This document shows, in pieces, positions 42,050 to 55,457 of a stretch of 64,000 nt of DNA. A program made the position numbers and the translations under genes. The DNA is taken from assembly GCA_951406725.2 (NCBI GenBank), contig OX597821.1, positions 72,974,001-73,038,000 on the forward strand, read 5' to 3'. How positions within the stretch are numbered: the first letter of the stretch is position 1; the number at the start of each line of letters is the position of its first letter. This DNA comes from Octopus vulgaris (lineage: Eukaryota). The notes beneath the pieces are model-generated. The model was given only the letters and a program-made list of their open reading frames with translations, was not told the DNA's origin and did not search any database.

Positions 42050-42300
42050 ATCTGTGTTTGGGAAATACGTTGTTGTATTTAGGAATGGTCATGTTGCCAG
42101 TTTAGCCAATAAAAACACACGCACTATATATTTGGTGTTAATTTGCTTCAGTTTTATTTATTTTTTACATTAATCTTAATCTTATTTCGGCCAGAGTTCT
42201 TTCGTCACACTCCTGTAACCTCATCAGTGGTCCTTTGCTTTCTTCTTTCTTAATGTGTGTCTCTCCTTACTAACGGTCTGCCATTAAATATTTTGAGGTA
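42050..42300 (-). mobile_element. Probable Penelope-like pseudo-LTR fragment
   Basis: Carries a well-formed hammerhead motif followed by an AT-rich stretch; boundaries approximate and family assignment inferred. Confidence 0.5.
42189..42233 (-). ncRNA. Type I hammerhead ribozyme motif
   Basis: Minus strand: GGACCA-CUGAUGA-G-GUUACA-GGAG-UGUGAC-GAA-AG-AA-CU-C|UGGCC. Six-bp stem II, 2-bp stem III, stem I with one mismatch; predicted cleavage between 42194 and 42193. Confidence 0.75.
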
Positions 42301-43632
42301 TTCGCTTGTATGTCCTTAAGCAGTGAGTTCAATTCGACTCAAATGCATTTTGCCTTCCATTACTGATGCTCTTGACGTGGAAAGTTTTCATATTTCATCT
42401 GATCTTGCTTTGAAATTCTGGGATTTTATGCCTTGTCAAAAAGGAAACAACGCTATAATGAGAAAAAGAGCGAAAGAATGTGAAAAGTTCGCATGTTAAT
42501 TGTCTTCCATGGTAAATATACATTTTAAGCCGCTGTAGAAGTATTCTAGAACCTTCCTGATTTTGGCAGCTGCTGTTCCATGCAAGATAAAAGACAGAAC
42601 CTGAGGTGAACAAGTGATAAAATTTTCACTTCGATTAAATATCGATTGGCCGCTAGACTTAATCTTTTTTCGGTATAACACCACAATCTGACTGTTGTGG
42701 ACAAGTATTCTGAATAAGTTTCAGATTTGAAGATAAATTGATATCTTGGTGAACTGCTTCTGATTGTAGCAAACCAGGAGTCGAGGTTTCTTTCCCCATT
42801 GTCAGCCATTAGTTTCTGTTTCCAAGAAAAAAGGTAATTTACTAACATTTATCTTGTAAAATATGGAAATATAAAAACACGTACGTTCCATAACTTATAA
42901 CGGTTTGCTTGGTTGCTGTTGAGGACTTTATGCTCGTATTTACTGTAGTATAAGCTGAAGTCAGTCTTATGGCTATATTTGTCCAGGCTATTGTGAGTTT
43001 GAGGAGTCAGGGGAAAAACCCTGCAAATAAATGCCCCCGCCCCCCCCGCCGTGATCCAGATTCATTAAGATGAAAAATATCTTCTCTCTTTGCCACTCAC
43101 ACACTCTTTTAAGACTTGGCATCACCAAAATATTTTTCTAAGAACTAATGAAAATGCTGTGTAGACATCAAGATGTAGAGTACAATTACATAACAGAATC
43201 TGCGATTCTGCACAAAGAAGTCCTTTTTTCAGAGTGAAATTAATAGAGAAGGAGTGGTATAATTGGTGTGAGAGATTATTAGACTATAAAAGCATCACCG
43301 AAGATTTCGCATAGTTTCACGTGGGGATTCAAGAGAGAAATACACTGGAATGTTTTTTGCCATTCCCTTTTTCAAACCTTTTTAAGGGTGCGTGAACCGA
43401 TAACAATAATGTAAGAAAACGTTCTTTACTTTTAAAGTTCAGATATTACTACGTCAGATACATTCTCCCGAATTCATTAAATTATTTTGATGGTCCGTTT
43501 TCTTTTAATATCAAAGGAAAAGGCAGCATAGAGATGTCAGACTTATACTCCACTTATGGAATCTGAACTAATCCAAATTCCTGTACATTTTTTGCCGAAG
43601 CCTTACCACAAATTTACTTAAAGCTGAATGAC

Positions 43633-43893
<261 letters not shown>

Positions 43894-44127
43894 ATTATGT
43901 GCAAGCAAAACAAAAACTATATTTACTCTAAACATAGCGAAAATGTCATTGCCACCCGTGTCTTTCTACATGTCTGACGTTTTGACCATTCCATGTCCTG
44001 AAATGGAACCCAAACACGTCTATTAAACATTATATCAAGAGACACAACACCAGTTCCCGAGTACTCAGACATTACAGCAATAGAATCCTTTTTTCAAATA
44101 ATCTGTGTATGTATGTATGCATGCCTG

Positions 44128-44172
<45 letters not shown>

Positions 44173-44308
44173 TATATATATATGTATATATAAATATATA
44201 TATGTATATATATATATATATATGTATATATAGATCATATGTATATATATATTTGTGTAGACATATATATAGCTATGTATTTAAGCTCACTTCAAACGTT
44301 GTTGTTAC

Positions 44309-44383
<75 letters not shown>

Positions 44384-45408
44384 CATTGGATTGTTGTTGC
44401 CGTCTTTGTTGTTATTATTATAATTATCCTAAAGCAATCTTTGTGACGAGAAGAACCTAAAAAAAAAACGCCAATAAACAGACAAATAAAATAAGCAAAC
44501 AACCATTTTGACTCCGGAACCAAAAAAATCAGTGTTTTATAGACATCAGAGAGAAATTATATAAACGCCATTTTGCAATATTTAATCAAGCATGCGTTAA
44601 TGTCAGCAGAGCGTTCACCAGTAAATTTCCATCAAATACTAACAACACAAAAATTGCTCATTTTCATATATCATACGTAAGCGAATAGCAACACGTTAAA
44701 AGCATTCAGGTATGGATGATAAATGCTGTTTAGATTTCTTAACATTTTTGCGTTTGTAGGGCGTTGGATTGGTAAAAATCAGAAAAGTGTTGACCAAAGT
44801 GTCTTACTGAATGTAGTTGCACTGGATTACATTCTGGGATCGAATGTTACCATGGTAGACTTTGCTTTTCGTTCTTCTAAATCGATAAAATAAGTTCTAG
44901 GCAAGGCATAGAATTGATGTAATCAACTAGACTCCGAAATATATAGTTTTGTGCTTGGCTTAGAAATCAACCATATTTTCGATTACACAATTGACAATAT
45001 ATGACATAAGACATGTTTTGAGACTCAAGGAATCATAAAGGAGCCGTGCGAAATGTAGTTCACATTAGGACAGGTTCAATTCCCGGTTGAAGTCATCTTA
45101 TTTTTCTTCACTTTATCGCTGTTGATCCTCATCAAATATCCGTTTCACTCCACATGGCGGTAACCCTTTTGCAGTTTATCAAATGGAAATCAATATCGAT
45201 ATTTTTGTAGCGGCGTGGGACATAATCGACTAAATTCACCTTAGTATATTACTGATAGTTATTTGAGCCGATAAGGGAGCCTCTACATAGTCGCTTCATT
45301 TGATGAAAATGCTAACCAAACTTCTATAAACCATATTCTACCTTCTAAAAAAGGGAAAGACATAGTATAAGTTAGTTCCAGATATACAGTTGGAAGATCT
45401 TTAATCGT

Positions 45409-45900
<492 letters not shown>

Positions 45901-46250
45901 TATGTACGCTCAATTATATCTTAGTTGACGCTAAACAAAAACAGCAGTAACGAGTCAGCGAGGAGCAGGTCGATGAGGTCGTATGTCATGCAAGAAATTG
46001 CAGCAGCCAATCTTCTGTCTTGGAAATGAAGAAATACATGAAATAAAGCATCTTGGATATAGGAAAAAAAGACCAGATGAACCCAGTTGCGATACCGATA
46101 AAACCAGGTCACATTTTCGTCAAAACAGAATTGTTTCTCGCAACACGTGCGAACGCCATCAGAAAATGGTAGCGTCTACAGTTGTGAATGAACCGCTCGC
46201 TAAAATCACTAAAATCAAGTTTTATAAAGTTTTATACTCAGAAAAACACT

Positions 46251-47183
46251 TGTAGAATGTATATTCGACCGTACGTAAGGAGTTTGGTGACAAGGTCTCC
46301 TCTTGTATGCCGCACGACCGCATCCTAACATAATAATAAGAAAAGCCATAATACATGGATATATTATACAGTACCAAAGGAAATGAATGAAGGATGACAA
46401 GCCGTTCTACTGTTTGAGAGAGAAGATAGACTTTATTCACAGTGTACAAAGTGAGTTGTAATTACTAGCGTTGCGCTGTGGTATGAATGCATGCGACAGA
46501 AGGTATAGATAAAGGTGCATGCGAATACAACAGAAATACAGAGCAGTCTCAGCATATTGAGTTAAGATAGAGTTAGTTTACCAGTTCCTGTGGTACACGA
46601 TAATAAGTTCTATAACAAGATTTGGGTCTCGAAGCGGAGACTAGTTGAGTCACTTGTTGTGCAGGTTTCTATTGATATAGATTGTTCTTTCAGATATATA
46701 CTGCAACTGTTTTTCAGTGGTGAAGGTTTACACAAACAGCGTGAGTTGAATCTTTGTAGTGTGTACAAGTTAAAATCGACGAAGATGTAGACGACATTGG
46801 TGATGACGTTCTCTCTGTCGCTGGTATACAATAGCGTCTTCATAGTATCGTTGGCTGGCTGTCGTCTGTCGTTCGAACTGGAACATGGCTGAGTAGCTCT
46901 GTGACTAGACCTTAGAAGGTCTTAAGCTGAAAGACAATGAATAATGAAAATACTAGCTTATTTAAGGAGTGAAGATGGCTCAATTGAAAGATCCTATCCG
47001 AAAGCCGTGATTGGTCAGTTTACACACTGGCGCGAAATAAGTAGAGAAACAGACTGCGCTAGATGCTAACCAATCAGATCAGTGGACACAACAGGGTTAA
47101 ACTAGCCAAAGATGGTTGTAATCTCAAACGAGATCATTCCTAGTGTTTCTCTTAAACAGTGAGGATATCAATATTGCTATACA
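46251..47183 (-). mobile_element. Possible solo LTR
   Basis: TGTA...TACA termini; on the minus strand CCAAT boxes, a TATA-like ttaaataag and an AATAAA occur in LTR order. No TSD or PBS found. Confidence 0.35.
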
Positions 47184-47750
47184 CAAAATCTGAACATAAT
47201 TTACGAAACCTCTACAAAAATACCTGAAAGAAACAGTAATTATGTTAACAAGAGCAAAAGCTAGAAAACAAAGAGGAAACCATCTTCAAACACCCAGGCA
47301 CTTATAAACAGCCTGAAGCACTGCAACAAAACCATTCTAAGCAACGAATTTATTTCATTTGCTCAATTTAGATAAATATACACCAAATCCCACACATGAA
47401 TAGAGTTGCAACATCAGCAGCGTCATTCGTCCTAAAGTTTATATACGGCGGCGAGGATATACCACCGACAATAAGAAAGTAATTGTTGTACTTTGATCTG
47501 TTTCAATTTGCAGCTTTCACTGTAGCCATCACGAGGATAGACGGATGCACAATTATAGGCCAGACTGTATGGAGAATGGGATGTGTTCATATTGGCACAC
47601 TGCTTTTCGTAGGCGTCATAACAATGTGCCGGATTGTGTAGTTTCTCAACTGGAACAATGCTATGTTATGAGTGAGAGCATGGTTTTGTGAGTTGGGTCT
47701 CGTTATACGGAGAGCTACAGGAGTGTTCGTGCAGAGACTAACTGAGGCTA

Positions 47751-47791
<41 letters not shown>

Positions 47792-47807
47792 TTACTACTA
47801 CTACTAG

Positions 47808-48045
47808 TACCTATTTCTTTACTGCCCACAAGGGGCTAAACACAGAGGGGGCAAACAAGGACAGACAAACGGATTAAGTCGATTATATCGACCCCAGTGC
47901 GTAACTGGTGCTTATTTTATCGACCCCGAAAGGATGAAAGGCAAAGTTGACCTCGGTGGAATTTGAACTCAGAACGTAGCGGCAGACGAAATACTGCTTA
48001 GCATTTCGCCCGGTGTGCTAACGTTTCTGCCAGTTCGCTGCCTTC
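47808..48045 (-). mobile_element. CORE-SINE (OR2-like), near full length, next to a (CTA)n tract
   Basis: Head, CORE motif and 3' tail all present. Confidence 0.9.
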
Positions 48046-48477
48046 ACAGTAACAACAACCGTTAGTTATCTTATTGATTTCAAACTGAGAGACGGAAAGT
48101 AAAGTCGATTTATAACGGAAATTGAAACCAGAATAAAAAAAGGGAATTAAACCAAATATAAAAGAGGGAGCAAACAGAAATAATCTGCAATACACATAAA
48201 AGACTCTCAAGTCTATCGATTTATTTATCAGCGTTGCTTACTTGACTCAACTGAGATCGATCTTTAGATAAATTGATGCCAAATCGCAAGCCCTCGTTTC
48301 ATTGAACTAAATTTCAGCTTCACAAAAAATTATACGTTTCTAGTGATGCTGAAAGCGTTCATTGCTCTGCTGAAGGGACACCCGTGTATATTACACACAC
48401 ACATACATACATACATACATACATACATACATACATACATACATACATACATACATACATTCATACATACATGCTGA

Positions 48478-48722
48478 GAGCCCCTTTGGTCATGACTGAC
48501 CATGGGATTGCACCTAGAAAGTTACCCTTCCAGGCACAAGTACGGGCAAAGTTGTTTGTGGAAGACCAGCAGTCACCCATGCAAACTGGCCTCCCCTCTC
48601 CACGCCACCAGTGTTATCTAAAGGAAAGGCAAAGGAGCCGATACAGCTCAAGAACACAACACGCAGCCCGGTCCGGGATTCGAACTCACAACCTCACGAT
48701 TGTAAGCCCGACGCTCTAACCA
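48478..48722 (-). mobile_element. Meta-domain SINE with internal deletion
   Basis: Colinear with 39392-39722 apart from the missing central part. Confidence 0.85.
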
Positions 48723-49597
48723 CATATTTATACACACACATACATTTTTACACATATATAAATACATATGAAAAAATATCTCTGCAATTATCAACGGTTC
48801 TTATTTATCTATATGTTCCGTCATCCATCCCTTCATTTCAAACCCTCTTTCTTTTTCTTTCCTTCTTTCTTCCCTTCTGTCTGCCTTTCTTTCATACGTT
48901 CTTTGTTTTTCCTTTATTTATTTGTTTATTTTGATGTTAGAATATTTCATCAGCCTCGTTTTCAATGACCAAGTGACGTAATGTAAGTGAAAAACGAGAC
49001 GCTGTTTTGAAAAACGACAATGTGCAACTCGAAATGAACACCAGCTGAAACCCTAGTCACCGTACTATTGTTATGTTTATAAATATCTTATCTTCGTAGG
49101 TGAACTGGTAAAACCGTTGGCAAAATGCTTAGCGGGATGTCTTCTCTCTTTACGTTCTGAGTTCAAATTGCTACGAAGTCAGGTTTGCCTTTCCTTTTTC
49201 CGGTGTTGATAAAATAAAGTAATAGTTGAGTACAGGGGTCAATGTCAAAGACTGGTCCCGTCTCGCAAAATTTCAGGCCTTCTGCCTATAATAGAAAGGA
49301 TTATTATAAATATCTCTAAAGTGGTGAATCGTTCGAGTATCGATGAAAAAGATTTGAGGTAGTTCTTTTGATTCTTTACATTTAGAGTTCAAATTCCGCT
49401 GAGGTTAACGCTTCCTTTCACCCCCCAGGGTCAATAAATTAACAGTCAACTTTATCGACTTAATCCTCTCTTCAAGATGGCTGATCTTGTGTCTAGACTA
49501 GAAACCATTGTTGTATTTAACTCTATGTATTGAGTAGCGCCCCCTGGCGGTTGTATTAACATACAGACACAAACACACACAAATATGATTGTATTAG

Positions 49598-49800
49598 TCT
49601 TTCATTCTTTTACTTGCTTCAGTCAATTGACTACGGCCATGCCGGAGCACCGCCTTTAGTCGAAGAAATCGACCCCAGGACTTATTCTTTATAAGCCTAG
49701 TACTTATTTTATCGGTCAGTTTTGCCGATCTGCTAGTTTATGGCGACACACCAACATCGCATACCAAGCAATGGTGGGGTAACAACCACAGACACATACA
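49598..49800 (-). mobile_element. 3' half of the microsatellite-containing SINE
   Basis: Matches the reverse complement of 45715-45900. Confidence 0.85.
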
Positions 49801-49836
49801 TACATACACACACATATATATGTATATTACTTTTAT

Positions 49837-49932
<96 letters not shown>

Positions 49933-49935
<3 letters not shown>

Positions 49936-51405
49936 GGGAAACAGACAACGCCCGCCGATTGTTGTTTCCCGAAAACATTGTTCGCTTATTTATCATACAT
50001 GAGGTGATAAGCCTCTTAAAATTGTTTATAATTGTTCATTAAAACACAAAAATGAGACACATTGAGCTTCTCCAGCCTTTGCACCACAGGCAAAGTTATG
50101 ACCTCCACAGGTATCTGCGGAGACCATTCGGAATCCCGTGTGCAGGTCATAATTGCTCCCTTATCGTGTTTCTCCAACACCTTCTCCACCTCTCCGCCTC
50201 TGTAGAAGAAGACAAGTAATTCATCTTCTTCCAGGGACGAGGTAGTCACTTCCACCGTCGATGGCACAATTCTCACCGACGAATTTCCGGAACATTCCGG
50301 TATTGTGTTACCAACTGCCAGCAATGTCCCGTTTCTCTTTTTCTTCCTCTTTTCCCCTCTTAACTGAGAAAGGGTGGGTTTCCTCTGTGACCGGGAGATC
50401 CGCCCCCCTCCCTCATCCCTAAGACCCTTCGGTGAGCACCTTCTTCCTCTTGCGGTCATTCTTTGAGGAGTCCTCCACCTCCTCGACCGCCCCGTCCCTT
50501 CTTCTACTGAGGTCTCAACCAACTGCTCCAGGACCTTGCTTTGGTCTTGGGGGCAGTTCTTTATTGTATGGTCAGGTTCCAGACACCGTTGACACTTGGG
50601 GAGGGGGGCGACCCTCAAGAATCACCGGGTACCTGCTCCCAGCCATAGTTAAAAAGTCTGGAAAGACTTAACTCCTTTACTCATTGGGTTCACAGGGTCA
50701 AAATAGCTTTTGACCTAATGCAATCAGCCACTGGTAATAATTTAACATTAGGGAGCTTGGTGCCGCTGTCACCCAAACCCCGGCGGATAGTGTCCTCTCC
50801 AGCCTGGTTTTAAATTCGCTGGCAACCCGCAAATCCAAGCCCGCGTCAGTTTCCTCCCACAATACGTAGGAAGAAACAAAATTTTATTACCCCTCAGGGG
50901 CTGGCTCGCAAAAGTCCGAGCCTCCTCCGGAGTGTGAAATAGCAACCAAATCGTTGCATATCCGAAACCCCGGGCAATAAACTTCACATTTGGTTGATAG
51001 TCCTTCAACTCTTCTTCTGTTACTTCTTTGGAGAACACGGCGATTGCGTCGAGAACCTTCGAATATGTTCTCAACACCACCGTCTTCTCGTCTTGCTGTT
51101 TAATCCATTCTTTGGGTGGGATAATCTCCCACTCCAAGACATTCTTTTTCGCCATGCTTTTTTTTTAAAGTTATCTTAATAGTTCAACAAAAATTATGAA
51201 AAGTAAAGAATTAAAAATAAAATCCAAAAATACAGTTAGAAAGAAAACAAGAGAAAAAAACATTAAGACAGAAAAGATAAGAATAAATGAAAATAAAATC
51301 AGTTCAGCACGACGACAGTTCTTTGTCCTGTGATAGTTCAAATCACTGCAAAAGCTTCTTCAAAAAATTAAATTCCGGCCAACCGGAATCTGCTCACTTC
51401 CTGTC
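49933..51405 (-). mobile_element. Tx1/L1-like element, ORF1 only (RRM-like region and CCHC knuckle), frameshifted
   Basis: ORF 51155-50769 (MAKKNVLEW...EKTVVLRTYS...LFLPTYCGRK), then ORF 50618-50016 with a complete CX2CX4HX4C knuckle CQRCLEPDHTIKNC. T-rich 5' UTR; ends at (TA)n with no ORF2. Confidence 0.75.
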
Positions 51406-52301
51406 TGTCATTCATCGTACTTCCTTTCTCACTAACATAGTAGTTTTTTCTTCCAATCTTTTACCTTTCCTAAGCTCATTCCTATTATTTATCTTTAATT
51501 ACACAGCTTCATTACATTCAACTTGTATTATCGCACGCTTGCTTCTTTTCATTCTGTTTTTGTGAGTGATATTTACCTGGATATACAATGACTACGCTGA
51601 TATCGATCGAACCCAGAATACCGATACTGGATGTATTATGTTAAATGTACGCCCGTATTACGAACATTAAAAAAAATCCTTATTCCAAAGGCTTACATCG
51701 CAGTTAATAGAATGACTGGACATGACATACTTTATGAAATAATTACTCGAATAAATCCCAGAATGACACAACACTTCATTTTATTTTTCGGATATTAATA
51801 TTTGAAAACAGAATTATATCACTTGTATTAATTCGAAAACACCCGTTCAATAATTCGCAAAAATCATACATCTCATTTATGGCTCGTTTCTAAATGTTTA
51901 ATTGCACAACATCGAAATACGATTATTTATTGATGTCATATCGTTTATTATTAATGCTTAATTGTATTTCATACTTTCGCTAAAGTTATATCAAATATAC
52001 TTGTAAATAAATATAATATATTAAATATGAATGTGGAACTGGGTTATTTTAATTCTTGCTATCTGCAAATATATATATGCATGCATACATACATACATAC
52101 ATACATACATACTTACATACATACATACATGCATGCATACACACATACATATATACACATACAAACATACATGCATACATACAAACATATACATACATAC
52201 ATACACACATACACACACTCACACACACACACACACAAACACATATGTATACACATACATATACATGCATTTATATGCGTGAATGTATGTGTGTGTGTAC
52301 A

Positions 52302-52343
<42 letters not shown>

Positions 52344-53224
52344 GAGAAAGACAGACAGACAGGCAGCATAATTAAAGAGATGTAAATTTTAAATTGAAAT
52401 TTGTTTACTCCTTAAAAAAAAAAGGGTTTAAAATCCTTTCTATTTCTTTCTCACGACTTATCTTCAAATCTTTTGTCTTTTATTTCTGTGAATTATTTCC
52501 ATTGCGCCTCTGCAACGATTCCGATTTTCTGCTGAACTTCGCCTTTTGTTTGTGGTTTTTCTCACTTCAGTAATAAATATGGCAACAGCATATTAAAACT
52601 GTAAAAGTTTTGAAAACTATCTTAAGAATGGATATCTCATTGCAATGAGATATTTGAAAGTCGAATATTTTATTCCAATCGTTGCTGGAAGACATTGACT
52701 TCAAGTGACCTCTAAGAGAGTCTATTCTAAGAACTCAGTTTCGTTACTCGGTCAGAAGGCTTTCATTTTCATTGACAACAGTAACGGGCTACGAACTACT
52801 GAGGGAGGTTTGTATGTGATTGTTTAGTCTATTGGAAATAGTTACCATATATTCCTCAAAATACACCTATTTTGAAAAGCAAAGAGTATATCGATTATTG
52901 CATTCCTAGATGGCGTGATGGTCATAATTAGAATTTCACCGTGTACAAATCAGGGTTGGTTCAGGCTAATAACAACAACAACAATAACAACAACAACATG
53001 GACTTGTAAGTGCTCGAACTATTTGTTAGAAGAAGAAGCTTCTTCCAGTTAAACACTATTATCCTGAAAAATATGAAGTAGACTTCAGAGAATAAATCAT
53101 GTTGAAAAATATTTCAGGGCAAAGATAGGGGCTGTCGACATATCATGGTTCTTTCTCTCAAATTGCTTTTCATTTTGTTTTTATTTTGCTTTACATTCAG
53201 GTTTCATCTGATGAACAAATCACC

Positions 53225-53620
53225 GGAGAAACTTTGCAGTCATTTATATGAATGCACGCAATGCAACATGTCCCTTTTTTTCTTAGGAAAACAAAGGATC
53301 AGAACGCAGAACCTGGTGCCAGACCTGCTTCTTTTCAGTTCAAAGATTTGAGCGAAGCCGACTCCAACATCGGGACCAACTTCGTGCAAGCATGAAGGCA
53401 CGCTGACAAAACGCTGCTCTTCTGAATAGAAACCTTACTTGTCATTGTGGTTCTGCAGCTCGGAGCAAAGTAGGCCTTGCCGTCCACTCAAGAAAACACA
53501 TAGTGAATGATCCACAAGCACTCAAGCAAACTGAGTCCTCAACTTGTTTCATTTGCCAAAAGGCTTGCAAGGCACCAGCAGACCTCAAGAGACATATTCT
53601 TGTCCATAGAACATGATCAA
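53225..53620 (+). mobile_element. RTE-like LINE 3' end with two C2H2 motifs
   Basis: RRTWCQTCFFSVQRFERSRLQHR...CHCGSAARSKVGLAVHSRKH...CFICQKACKAPADLKRHILVH. Confidence 0.65.
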
Positions 53621-53669
53621 TGCTTTATTTTACTAAACTCTCATTTGTCCTGCACGACAAAACAATCCA

Positions 53670-53739
<70 letters not shown>

Positions 53740-53770
53740 ATACATACATGCATGTATGTATGTATATATA

Positions 53771-54120
53771 TAAGAAAGCAAGACGACCAAGGAATAGGTG
53801 ATTATGTTATGAACCTCATGAACCTTACAGCTATTTCTGCTCTAAGGTATAGCGGAGTTGAGTGCCTGAATAACACCCTAATAGCTTCATCGGAGTCTCC
53901 AATATTCGATGATCCGATGAAGCTCTAAGCTGTTACTCAGGCACCCGACTATGAGTCCACTGCATTTAATACCAGAAACAGCTGTAAGGTAATGAACTTC
54001 ATAGGATAAGCATTTATTCCTTAGTCATTTCTCTTCCTTATTACTGCTCTTTACTCAGCTAACACTTCGTCCTGAAACATGCGCGGGTTATTAGTTTCAC
54101 TATGCTAAAGCGAAATATAT
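53771..54120. mobile_element. Diverged fold-back element with hammerhead-like motif on each arm
   Basis: Arms 53771-53894 and 53913-54040 are imperfect reverse complements. Each reads outward CCGAUGAA-GCU...-GAAA(C/U)AGCUGUA. Unique tail to about 54120, TA-rich flanks. Confidence 0.65.
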
Positions 54121-54136
54121 TTACTTACATATACAC

Positions 54137-54868
<732 letters not shown>

Positions 54869-55457
54869 TATGTATATATATATATATAATTAAGGTGCAC
54901 GAAGCAGTGATGCTTAAAATAAACTGTGTACATTTATATTTAACACATACGTGTACACTCAGACGTTGGCTGCGGTAATCTATAAGGAAGAGGAATTCAC
55001 CTTACTGACAATATGTATGAAAATCCGCCGAGCTGGGCTAGGTATTACGTCATCGGATTCTAAGATATGTGTTTCTGCTTCGATACGTTTCATCTACCAC
55101 AGACAGCGACCCCGTCACTCATAATCCACTTAGAATTACCGTTCTTATTTTAATCATTGTTGCTTAGTGTGCCTATAATTAATTAATTACTTCCTGCTTT
55201 ACAAAACTTTGCACACGCCAGAAAATTTATTATTATTAGTTCTTAGCATGGTCCGATGATGTCGTCCACTTATATATTCTGCCTTGCCCAACTGTAGGAG
55301 GATAATCGATGTCACTGAACCCATCACTTATCCCCTACTTATCTCGATTGTGGGAGATAAGATTCAAACTTAAAGTTAAAGAAACATAACTACATACCTT
55401 AAAAGTAACATCTTAGAAAACTGATGGTAGTTTACAGCGGCGAACATTTATCTATAA

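Noticed and set aside
42395-42850. Overlapping short minus-strand ORFs as a possible gene or transposase
   Set aside because: Multiple stops, no recognisable motif and no convincing splice sites.
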